Shown: one piece after another, positions 1-7,936 of the stretch
Position numbering within the stretch: position 1 is the first letter of the stretch
Layout of the letters: the number at the start of each line of letters is the position of its first letter
Source of the DNA: Ignavibacteria bacterium
GTDB lineage: Bacteria > Bacteroidota > Ignavibacteria > Tepidaquicellales > OLB5
Direction of reading: 5' to 3'
Length of the DNA: 24,000 bases
Assembly: GCA_019912545.1 (NCBI GenBank)
Contig: JAIOIK010000080.1
Location: 8,666 to 32,665, forward strand
Notes under the pieces: generated by a model
Told to the model about the DNA's origin: nothing
Databases searched by the model: none
The model's input: the letters and a program-made list of their open reading frames with translations, nothing else
Program-made: the position numbers and the translations under genes

Positions 1-169
1 TGGCCTCAGTATTAGTAAAGTTACATCTCCCGCCGCCGGAGATGAGTATTTTCTTACCGATCTTTTCAGCATGCTCCAGCACAAGAGTTTTCCTGCCGCG
101 TTTAGCTGCTTCGATCGCGCACATGAGTCCCGCAGCGCCCGCGCCAATAATGATGATATCGTAGTTCAA
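1..169 (-). CDS. FAD-dependent oxidoreductase, HI0933/BaiN-like flavoprotein (N-terminal fragment; gene runs off the window)
   Basis: Reverse-strand translation from TTG at 169 gives (M/L)NYDIIIIGAGAAGLMCAIEAAKRGRKTLVLEHAEKIGKKILISGGGRCNFTN. This has a Rossmann GxGxxG motif followed by the SGGGRCN signature I associate with the HI0933/YhiN family. It is truncated and so absent from the ORF track. The frame is closed by a stop at 206-208 and has no in-frame ATG, so TTG is the likely start. Confidence 0.7.
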   Translation of the reverse strand, partial: MNYDIIIIGAGAAGLMCAIEAAKRGRKTLVLEHAEKIGKKILISGGGRCNFTNTEA

Positions 170-171
170 AT

Positions 172-468
172 TTATACTTTTAGTTTGGAGGGATTTTGTC
201 TGGAATCATATAATGAAAGAATGATGATTTCATTTTCATTTATCCTGTAATATAGTGTAATTTGTTTCATAAGGACACATTTGCGAATATTATTCCGGTT
301 AGAAAGTGAAGGATAACTATAAGGAAAAAGCTTTATTGTTTGAATTCGTTTCTTGAAAATCTTGTTAAATCTTCTGATTTCAGTAAGAGACCAATTATTT
401 TCCAGATATTCAATAATACTTACAAAATCTCTCTCAGCCTTTGAAGAAAACTTTATTTCTGAAACCAT
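172..468 (-). CDS. Type II toxin, ParE/RelE superfamily
   Basis: 98 aa. The pattern '...AERDFVSIIEYL...FPYSYP...IRKCVLMKQITLYYRINENEIIILSLYDSRQNP' is typical of Bacteroidota-style ParE/RelE toxins. It overlaps an upstream small acidic gene by 16 nt. Confidence 0.7.
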   Translation of the reverse strand: MVSEIKFSSKAERDFVSIIEYLENNWSLTEIRRFNKIFKKRIQTIKLFPYSYPSLSNRNNIRKCVLMKQITLYYRINENEIIILSLYDSRQNPSKLKV

Positions 469-695
469 TTTTCATGTTTTTTCATGAATTCATCATAACT
501 TACTAATCTTCCTTCTTCGGCATCTTTCGAACCTTCCTCAATACCTTTTCTTTCATCGTCAGTTAAGGACTCCCATTCAACTACTTCATCGCTTATGAAA
601 AAATCTACGATTTCCTGCAAATTTTCAAGTTTTGCATCATCTTCCAGAAGGTCAACTTTAGTATGAATATTTCGCTTTATTTCAGTTTTTGTCAT
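453..695 (-). CDS. Putative cognate antitoxin (family not assigned)
   Basis: 80 aa, acidic, immediately upstream of the ParE-like gene and overlapping it. The C-terminal 'GIEEGSKDAEEGRLVSYDEFMKK' resembles ParD/RelB-type antitoxin tails. Assignment rests mainly on context. Confidence 0.55.
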   Translation of the reverse strand: MTKTEIKRNIHTKVDLLEDDAKLENLQEIVDFFISDEVVEWESLTDDERKGIEEGSKDAEEGRLVSYDEFMKKHEKWFQK

Positions 696-734
696 TTCTC
701 AAAATACCAATTATTAAAATAATTTACAATTTCA

Positions 735-2243
735 TTATCTAAAAGCACCATCAATCAATACTGAATTATTCTCAAAATCAACATCAAATATCTTTTTCCT
801 AAGAAAAAACATATAAAATCCTTCATAACTTGGAAAATCTACAGGTCTAATTGAGAGACCTTTATCATAAGAAAAAATCAATTCATCATTATATAGATCA
901 TAAACACTTATATTATCATGAGCAGAAAAAATCATATATTTGTATGAATCATAATTTCCTTCCCCAAAAAGTTCAAAGTATTTGCGACTGGAATATTCGG
1001 GATTTAGCTTCAGATCAGGAAAACCAATCTTATATTTATTAACTACAAAAAACTTAATGTAATCATCTGTAACAGCAAATGTTCCATTAATACCTCTCAG
1101 CATAAAAATTGGTTTGACAGTATCAACTGGATTTACATATATAATCTTATCATTACTATAGTCGTTAAGATATTCTGAATACTTATCCTCTTTCGGCAAG
1201 AAATTTATACAATCATTTAATGCCCTTACAAACTCCAAATCTCCATTCATCTTTTTATACATTTCCAAATATTTCTCTCCACCCAGCTCACTTAACAAGA
1301 ATGAATTATACAATCCTGATACCGCATAAGTCATATTAGCATCCTGACTATAGAATGCATCGTTGGTTAAGATTGAATCATAGGTCAAAAATCCGGTTTT
1401 CTGCAGGTAGTAACCAAGATCGGTAACCACTCTCGGCGCCATGCCTCCCCTGCCGCCCATTGCAACTGCGAATCCTTCCATGAAAAAGGGAAGTGTGTAT
1501 AATCCTAGATTCTTCAATTTGAAATTAATGAGAATATGCGCCACTTCATGAAAATTTGTTTGGTATGATGAAACCACTTCATCTGTACCCAGCATTGCCA
1601 TACCTTTTGCACTGAAACCTGTAATATTTTTCACTTCATTTTCATCAGAGCAGAATACATATCCAATTTTTTCCTTTTCAAGTATTCGTTTCTCTGAAAT
1701 CGTGAAACCAAGCGTATCGGCAACCATATCAACAAACTGGTCAAGACGTTTTGTGCAGTAATCGTTGAAGTATTTAGGTTCCTGAATGCTGAAAGAAAAG
1801 TATTTGCTCTCTATCTTCTCCCAGTTCCTCGAAATGTATGTTGATGATGTCACGAAACCATCATTAAAGTAAAATACTTTGCTGTAATTCGCATCCGGTA
1901 CTTTAAAAGTTACTTCTGTATAAAAGTCTTCGAGTGGTTTTTCTGTAATCTCATATTTATACTTGCCGTTTTTGATGCCTGCTTTGATCTCTTCGGGGAT
2001 ATCATTGCCGATATGGAACTTATTTTTTACTCCATTGTATTGAATCCCAAGTCTTTGGCTATTAGCAAGCTCTTTCTTGTTCACATAATCTATAATTTCT
2101 GGTTTACCGTATATCAGGGCATCAATGAACTTGTTAGATACGGATTGAGAGTGGGCTGTTGTTGGCAACAACAATAATAACCCAAATATGACCGTAAAAA
2201 TACAATATTCTAAAGATCTATATTGATTAGTTTCGTGCTTCAT
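735..2243 (-). CDS. Secreted hypothetical protein with gluzincin-type HExxH...E zinc-metallopeptidase signature
   Basis: 502 aa. N-terminal signal peptide (IFTVIFGLLLLLPTTAHS/QS). 'FHEVAHILINFKLKNLGLYTLPFFMEGFA' gives HExxH with a Glu 20 residues after the second His, the thermolysin-like spacing. No named family recognised. Confidence 0.55.
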   Translation of the reverse strand: MKHETNQYRSLEYCIFTVIFGLLLLLPTTAHSQSVSNKFIDALIYGKPEIIDYVNKKELANSQRLGIQYNGVKNKFHIGNDIPEEIKAGIKNGKYKYEITEKPLEDFYTEVTFKVPDANYSKVFYFNDGFVTSSTYISRNWEKIESKYFSFSIQEPKYFNDYCTKRLDQFVDMVADTLGFTISEKRILEKEKIGYVFCSDENEVKNITGFSAKGMAMLGTDEVVSSYQTNFHEVAHILINFKLKNLGLYTLPFFMEGFAVAMGGRGGMAPRVVTDLGYYLQKTGFLTYDSILTNDAFYSQDANMTYAVSGLYNSFLLSELGGEKYLEMYKKMNGDLEFVRALNDCINFLPKEDKYSEYLNDYSNDKIIYVNPVDTVKPIFMLRGINGTFAVTDDYIKFFVVNKYKIGFPDLKLNPEYSSRKYFELFGEGNYDSYKYMIFSAHDNISVYDLYNDELIFSYDKGLSIRPVDFPSYEGFYMFFLRKKIFDVDFENNSVLIDGAFR

Positions 2244-2285
2244 AAGAAAATTCGTGCAAATTAGTGGCTAAAGCTTTTGAGAAGA

Positions 2286-3824
2286 TTAGCCTAGCCACAT
2301 GTTCCTGTCAAGCGAGCGGTATTGGATGGCTTCGCTTATATGTGATGAATTTACATTTTCATCTCCTGCCAGATCTGCAATTGTTCGCGCAACTTTCAGA
2401 ATTCTGTCATAAGCCCTTGCAGAGAGTCCAAGCTTTGTAATTGCCATTTTCATCAATTCTTCGCTTGCGGAATCAATTTTGCAAAATTCACGGATATCTT
2501 TTGATTGCATATCGGCATTGCAGAAGATATCTTTTTTTCCTGAAAATCTTGCAAGCTGAAACTCTCTAGCTTTAATAACCCGCTCTCTGATAACACTTGA
2601 CGGCTCGCCCTGCTCGGTAGAAGAAAGTTCTTTATACTTTACTGCCTGCACCTGTATGTGTATATCAATTCTATCAAGAAGCGGGCCGGAAATCTTTGAA
2701 ATATATCTTTGTATCTGCTGCGGCTGGCACTGGCACTCCTGGTTAGGGTTGCCGAAGTTCCCACAAGGGCAGGGATTCATAGCCGAGGCTAGCATGAAGT
2801 TACATGGATAGTCAACAGTTATTTTAGATCGTGAAATAGTGACCTTGCCGTCTTCCATCGGCTGTCGCATTACTTCAAGCGCATTCTTTTTGAATTCTGG
2901 TAGCTCATCCAAAAATAATACACCATGATGAGCAAAAGAAATCTCGCCCGGTTTTGCATTGGGTCCGCCGCCCACAAGCGCAACATCACTGATTGTATGG
3001 TGAGGCGACCGGTAAGGCCTGATAGATACAAGAGCAGTATTTGACGGAAGCAGCCCCGCTACTGAATGTATTTTTGTTGTTTCAAGGGCTTCATCAAACG
3101 TCATTGGCGGCAGCACTGTTGGAATTCGTTTTGCAAGCATTGTTTTACCTGAGCCGGGAGGGCCGACCATAATGATATTATGTCCGCCTGCTGCGGCAAC
3201 TTCAAGCGCGCGTTTCACTTCGTGCTGTCCTTTCACATCGGCAAAATCAACAATGCTCTTCTGTTCTACATTAAATATCTCTTTTAGATCAACTCTGAAT
3301 GGTTCCAGTCCCCCGCCGTTATCCAGAAATTCAACAACTTCCTGCAATGTGCCAAGCGGATGAACATCAATACCTTCTACCATTGCCGCTTCCCGGGCAT
3401 TTTCTTCCGGTACGATAATTCCTTTGAAACCGCTCCTGCGGGATTCAATTGTAATGGGTAAGATACCTTTTACGGGCCTGAGCTTGCCATCAAGAGAAAG
3501 CTCACCCACAAAGACATAATCCTTAAGCATATCCGGTTTTACCTGTCCCGTTTCGCAAAGCACTCCAAGAGCAATGGGAAGATCAAACCCGCTTCCTTCT
3601 TTCCTTATATCTGCCGGGGCAAGATTTACTGTAACTTTTTGGGTCGGGAAGTGATAAAATGAATTTTTAATAGCGGCAAGTACACGCTCTGCCGCTTCTT
3701 TAATTGCGCTATCCGGTAAACCCACTATCACAACCTTTGGAAGAACCTTTTCAAGGTGTGTTTCGATAGTTACCATAAAGGCATTAACGCCTATTGTTGT
3801 GGAGCCTATTACAGATGATATCAT
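2286..3824 (-). CDS. comM: YifB/ComM family Mg-chelatase-like AAA+ ATPase
   Basis: 512 aa. Lon-protease-like N-domain, Walker A 'GPPGSGKT', Walker B 'VLFLDELPEF', Cys-rich insert 'NPCPCGNFGNPNQECQC', and a C-terminal ChlI-type helical domain. Confidence 0.9.
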   Translation of the reverse strand: MISSVIGSTTIGVNAFMVTIETHLEKVLPKVVIVGLPDSAIKEAAERVLAAIKNSFYHFPTQKVTVNLAPADIRKEGSGFDLPIALGVLCETGQVKPDMLKDYVFVGELSLDGKLRPVKGILPITIESRRSGFKGIIVPEENAREAAMVEGIDVHPLGTLQEVVEFLDNGGGLEPFRVDLKEIFNVEQKSIVDFADVKGQHEVKRALEVAAAGGHNIIMVGPPGSGKTMLAKRIPTVLPPMTFDEALETTKIHSVAGLLPSNTALVSIRPYRSPHHTISDVALVGGGPNAKPGEISFAHHGVLFLDELPEFKKNALEVMRQPMEDGKVTISRSKITVDYPCNFMLASAMNPCPCGNFGNPNQECQCQPQQIQRYISKISGPLLDRIDIHIQVQAVKYKELSSTEQGEPSSVIRERVIKAREFQLARFSGKKDIFCNADMQSKDIREFCKIDSASEELMKMAITKLGLSARAYDRILKVARTIADLAGDENVNSSHISEAIQYRSLDRNMWLG

Positions 3825-3892
3825 ATTAACTCAATTTATAAGAGTTTTAAAAAATATGGTATTCAATATTTAGTGTACTAAAATTCAATGTA

Positions 3893-4978
3893 TTAAAATA
3901 ATTTTTGCAGTCTTATTTGCTCAATATCCTTTTCGCTAAGCTTTGCATCCAGCAGAGTAGTGTTATCATACACACTAGTTTCAACCTTATCAAGCAATCT
4001 GATAATCGGAGAGGGCGACTTCCCCGTAAATGTCGAAGAAAGCTTTGCAAGCGCAATAACGGCTTCCATCCGGTTCTTCAGTTCTACGGCAGAGTTTTCA
4101 TCCTCGCATTCATTCTGCATAACAATTTCAAGCTGGTCCGTCATTTTAAGTGAAAAAGATACGGATCTGATCTTTTTGTAAACTGTGTAAAGCTCGTTTT
4201 GATCCTCAGATTGCGTTGTATCCGGCATCATTCTATCTTCACTATGCGTACTATCAATGCCTCCTGGCATTTTAGTCTTTTTGGATTTATTCATATCCGA
4301 AAAGTTCTCAAATATTCCGCGTATAAAAAGCTTCTGGTCAGAGATCATCCACAAATTCTCTTTATATTTTATCCTTTCGATTTCTTTCATCGCATCTGTA
4401 TCGGTAAGCAGTCCGGCATTTGATGTATCTGTAACTGAAAATGTATTCTCGATCTGTTTTAAGTAATTACTTGCACAAACGGTAAAGTCATCTTTAAAAT
4501 AGAAATTGAAGTTTGTTTCGGTTTGTTTATAAACTGTAATCCCGCCCGGGTATTCTATTTTTGTGTAAAGAGTGTCACCGGCAACGTAGTCATTTACACG
4601 CTTTTTATCAAAAGTGCCTTTTATGACAAGGGCATTATCACCAATCCATGAATTCGAGAAATAGAGTTCATCTATTCCGCTTGTGATGCTCACTCCGGTG
4701 GCTTGTGTAAGAAGGTTCAGAAAGCTACCAAAATTCCTTTCTGAATTGAAAAGCGAATCGGATATAAACTTATTCCAGAAGCCGGTATCCCGCATTTTCT
4801 TGAAATTGAAATACATAACGAATTGGGGGTCGCTTTGCAGCAGTGCAAGATTCTGTTTTACTTTTAGCGGTAAAGGGTCGGGATCAAGCTTTTTGGAGCA
4901 GCTAACAATTAATAATGAGCAATGAGCAATAATAATCACGAATAAAATAACACTCTTTACTGAACTTCTACTGTTCAT
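3893..4978 (-). CDS. Lipoprotein of unknown function, last gene of the ABC-2 exporter operon
   Basis: The ORF track starts at 5089. I start at Met38 (4978), where a lipoprotein signal begins (MNSRSSVKSVILFVIIIAHCSLLIVSC, lipobox IVSC). That removes an 85-nt overlap with the permease gene. Confidence 0.6.
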   Translation of the reverse strand: MNSRSSVKSVILFVIIIAHCSLLIVSCSKKLDPDPLPLKVKQNLALLQSDPQFVMYFNFKKMRDTGFWNKFISDSLFNSERNFGSFLNLLTQATGVSITSGIDELYFSNSWIGDNALVIKGTFDKKRVNDYVAGDTLYTKIEYPGGITVYKQTETNFNFYFKDDFTVCASNYLKQIENTFSVTDTSNAGLLTDTDAMKEIERIKYKENLWMISDQKLFIRGIFENFSDMNKSKKTKMPGGIDSTHSEDRMMPDTTQSEDQNELYTVYKKIRSVSFSLKMTDQLEIVMQNECEDENSAVELKNRMEAVIALAKLSSTFTGKSPSPIIRLLDKVETSVYDNTTLLDAKLSEKDIEQIRLQKLF

Positions 4979-5004
4979 TGTTAATTGCCAATTGATAACT
5001 GCAT

Positions 5005-5847
5005 TTAATAGTCTTTTTTGGAAAAATAATAAACCGAGTATGACATCACTACAGCACAGAATATCAAAGATGATATTACAGCCATCCACGCCGGCTCAAT
5101 AGAGGTTAAGCCCATTTCATTTTGAGTAATTGTGCTTTTCCACATAGCAATGTTATCGCCAGAGATCATTGCATTAGTTACGTCCTTAATCTCTCCCGGC
5201 TTCGGGAAAATGTAGTATAGGAAATTGAATACAAACTGGACCGATTCATTCTTAACAAATGTAAAAATAACCGATTCCCTGATTGAAAGTACCGGACACA
5301 GAACAAATATCATGAAGAAATTTATCAGTATTGATATAACTGAGCTGTTTGTAAGCAGGCCGATAAGTACTGTTATGCTGTACATCACGGCGAAAGCAAG
5401 AGTAAGAGAAAGAATCGAGCTCAAAAAAGCCGGACTCCAGTAACCTGATTTAAGCGAAAGTATCAGCCAAATTGAGCCGATCAAAAAAACCATACTTACA
5501 GCAACAAACAAAACTGCTCCCAGGAATTTAGACATCAGGATGGTAAATCTTGAAATTGGCTTTGATATAAGTAAGTCAATAGTCCCTTTTTCAAGCATTG
5601 AAGGAATAAAAGAAGATGTTGATATCAGTGAAAAGAACAAAATCAGATTGAAAGAAAGCGATAAGAACCCGGTTTCAACTGAAATGATAACCTGTTTAAT
5701 ATCTGCAAATGAAACTATTCCCTCAACTGCATCAAGATTAACTGCAAAAAGCATTATGAGCACAACTATTGCATAAAAAATATAATATCCAATGAATATT
5801 TTTTTTGCCAGTGCTTCGCGGAAAGTATTTTTTATTATTGTCAGCAT
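5005..5847 (-). CDS. ABC-2 type transporter permease
   Basis: 280 aa with about six hydrophobic spans. Its start overlaps the ATPase stop by 1 nt (TAATG). Confidence 0.7.
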   Translation of the reverse strand: MLTIIKNTFREALAKKIFIGYYIFYAIVVLIMLFAVNLDAVEGIVSFADIKQVIISVETGFLSLSFNLILFFSLISTSSFIPSMLEKGTIDLLISKPISRFTILMSKFLGAVLFVAVSMVFLIGSIWLILSLKSGYWSPAFLSSILSLTLAFAVMYSITVLIGLLTNSSVISILINFFMIFVLCPVLSIRESVIFTFVKNESVQFVFNFLYYIFPKPGEIKDVTNAMISGDNIAMWKSTITQNEMGLTSIEPAWMAVISSLIFCAVVMSYSVYYFSKKDY

Positions 5848-6779
5848 TAGTTGGTATTATCCTTCTTTATTACGTTGATGAAGAGCTCCTCAAGGGTACT
5901 TGTCTTCTGGTTGATAGTCTGAATCCTGATTTTCTCTGCCCTTAACAAGTCGATTATACCATTGATCTTATCTATTCCGGCTTCGGAATTAATCTCATTT
6001 TCGCCAATGCCTGCGTTCGGGTCAATTGCCATGACTTTTTGCTTGATGTCCATTCCAATTGGTTCGACTGTATGAACAGCGAAGATATTTTCAGCCTTAG
6101 TTAAATCGTCAACATTACCTTCCTTGATCAGATCGCCTTTATTCAAGATCGCAACCCTGTCGCAGATCATCTCTACTTCTGAAAGTAGGTGTGAATTCAG
6201 GAAAATGGTTTTTCCACGAGATTTAATTTCATGCAGAATATCGCGAATTTCTTTCCTGCCTATAGGATCTACGCCATCAGTTGGTTCATCAAGGAAAATA
6301 AGATCAGGATCGCTTAACATTGATTGCGCAAGCCCGAGTTTCTGCATCATTCCTTTTGAATATTTCTTTATCCTGGTCTTTCTCCACTGTGTAAGATTCA
6401 TCATACCAAGCATTTCATCAATTCTCTTAGTCATATTGGAATCATCTTTCATGCCTGAGAGCTGCCCGTAATAAGATAAAACCTGCTCTCCCGTTAAGTA
6501 ACTGGGAAATTTATGATTTTCCGGAAGGTAGCCGACTTTTGTTTTGGCTTTGTAATTCTTTACATCCGTGCCGAAAAGCTTTGCGTCTCCCCTTGTTGGG
6601 AAAGTTATTGCAAGCAGCATTTTTATGAGGGTTGTTTTTCCTGCGCCGTTGGGTCCCAGCAAACCAAAGATCTCGCCCTGCTTTACTTTAAACGTAAAGT
6701 CGTTGAGCGCATTCACCTTTTGCTTGGAAAACTTCGCCGTGTATTCTTTCGATAAATTCTGTGTTTCTATTACGTGCAT
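5847..6779 (-). CDS. ABC transporter ATP-binding protein
   Basis: Walker A 'GPNGAGKTT', signature 'YSKGMMQKLGLA', Walker B 'LIFLDEPT', H-loop 'LNSH'. Confidence 0.9.
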   Translation of the reverse strand: MHVIETQNLSKEYTAKFSKQKVNALNDFTFKVKQGEIFGLLGPNGAGKTTLIKMLLAITFPTRGDAKLFGTDVKNYKAKTKVGYLPENHKFPSYLTGEQVLSYYGQLSGMKDDSNMTKRIDEMLGMMNLTQWRKTRIKKYSKGMMQKLGLAQSMLSDPDLIFLDEPTDGVDPIGRKEIRDILHEIKSRGKTIFLNSHLLSEVEMICDRVAILNKGDLIKEGNVDDLTKAENIFAVHTVEPIGMDIKQKVMAIDPNAGIGENEINSEAGIDKINGIIDLLRAEKIRIQTINQKTSTLEELFINVIKKDNTN

Positions 6780-6820
6780 ATATTATTTTTTATAGATTCA
6801 ATCGGTTATAAATCAAATTT

Positions 6821-6890
6821 AGACACAAATTACACAAATTATCACAAATTCTTACGCAATAACTTTTTGAAATTAGTGAAATTAGTGTCT
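6821..6890. promoter_or_regulatory. Operator-like array of CAC(A/T)AATT 8-mers upstream of the ABC operon
   Basis: Three direct copies of (A)CACAAATT lie at 6823-6831, 6832-6840 and 6843-6850. Two copies of the inverted form AATTAGTG lie at 6871-6878 and 6880-6887. The outer arms AGACACAAATT (6821-6831) and AATTAGTGTCT (6880-6890) form an inverted repeat. The array sits 45-110 nt upstream of the ATPase ATG (6779). Confidence 0.35.
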
Positions 6891-6897
6891 ATCTTTT

Positions 6898-7389
6898 TTA
6901 CTTTTTCGTAAATTCTTTCATTAAAAAATCAAACTCTCCTTTTGAAACAACTTCTGGCTTTTCTTTTGATTCACGGTAAGCGTCCATCCGCTCTATTCTT
7001 TTATCCTTAACTTCACCCCAAAAACTCTCAGATGTCATTATTCTGCTGCCGCACTCTTTTGCGAAATTCGATATTTCCCTGTCGGAAGAAACAATTTTGA
7101 GCAACTTTGGATTTCTTGCCTTATCAACTAAGTGCTTTATAAGCGCATCTGCGTGTCCATAATCAGGGCCAACGCCGGTTTTGGAGAACTTGACTTCAAT
7201 ATTTTGATCGTGTTTATTCTGCCCGAAGCCATCAAACACTAAGATGCATTTTATTCCCTTGCCGAAATAATGGCCGTGAAACTTGGAAACCATCGTATCA
7301 ACGCAAATTTCCTGCGACTGGGCAAGGAGTATCCTTAGCTCAGTAACTTTATGCATCAGGTTATATGCGTCAATTATTATTGTTTCCAT
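6898..7389 (-). CDS. NYN/PIN-like ribonuclease domain protein, YacP (Rae1)-like
   Basis: 163 aa. 'IIIDAYNLMH', 'ILVFDGFG', 'HADALIKHLV' and 'IVSSDREI' follow the order and spacing of YacP-type NYN acidic motifs. Confidence 0.65.
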   Translation of the reverse strand: METIIIDAYNLMHKVTELRILLAQSQEICVDTMVSKFHGHYFGKGIKCILVFDGFGQNKHDQNIEVKFSKTGVGPDYGHADALIKHLVDKARNPKLLKIVSSDREISNFAKECGSRIMTSESFWGEVKDKRIERMDAYRESKEKPEVVSKGEFDFLMKEFTKK

Positions 7390-7412
7390 TTAATAAATAT
7401 AAAGTGATAATG

Positions 7413-7640
7413 TTATGAAGTTCTTTTTCTAGCGTTAAGGATCGTCATCCCGATTACTTTACCGTCATTATATCTGATTATGATATTATCTTCGCTCATT
7501 TCCGAATCATCCGCATGACTTGGTTTTTCAAAATCAATATATAAAACGTCTGCTTCTTCATCATAGTTAGTCCACATATTTTTATGCTCGAGTAGTGTTG
7601 GGGCTATATTTATCCAATTCTTAATTTCTATATTTTCCAT
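7413..7640 (-). CDS. DUF2283-like small protein (antitoxin-like partner), copy 1
   Basis: 75 aa. 'NYDEEADVLYIDFEKP...EDNIIIRYN...GKVIGMTILN' is the DUF2283 hallmark as I recall it. Paralogous to 13355-13609. Confidence 0.65.
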   Translation of the reverse strand: MENIEIKNWINIAPTLLEHKNMWTNYDEEADVLYIDFEKPSHADDSEMSEDNIIIRYNDGKVIGMTILNARKRTS

Positions 7641-7936
7641 AACAGTTTCTTGTTTAAAAGATAATTGATTTTTTTTGAAAGAAAAGCTGTAATTACAAAA
7701 CCAACATCCGGTGCAACTTCCTTATAGATTACAATTATGAATTTTCCTTTGTTAATTTCTTTTACTGCTAAAAGTTCGCCATTACTGCCCTCATAAATAA
7801 ATTCCGGATTTTCAATTGTATCAAGAATATCAAAATAATAGCCTGCTAATTCCGAATGCCCTTCTGTAATGTGAAGCCATCTTTCACTTGTAAGCCTGAT
7901 CTTAAAATTATTCTTTGATAATGCTGCATCCATCAT
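7628..7936 (-). CDS. 102-aa toxin-like small protein, copy 1 (family uncertain)
   Basis: Contains '[18 protein letters not shown]...NPEFIY...ELLAVK...GFVITAFL...KKLLWKI'. Overlaps the DUF2283-like gene by 13 nt. Its start forms an ATGA overlap with the asnS stop. Paralogous to 13597-13905. Confidence 0.5.
   Translation of the reverse strand: MMDAALSKNNFKIRLTSERWLHITEGHSELAGYYFDILDTIENPEFIYEGSNGELLAVKEINKGKFIIVIYKEVAPDVGFVITAFLSKKINYLLNKKLLWKI

Noticed and set aside
4979-5089. N-terminal extension of the lipoprotein ORF (MDGCNIIFDILCC...)
   Set aside because: It would overlap the permease gene by 85 nt. A canonical lipoprotein signal starts at the internal Met (4978), so the longer form is unlikely.
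6821-6890. Whether the short tandem repeats could be a CRISPR array or minisatellite
   Set aside because: The units are 8-10 nt with no spacers, only five copies, and of mixed orientation. That is inconsistent with CRISPR, and an operator-like array is more plausible.
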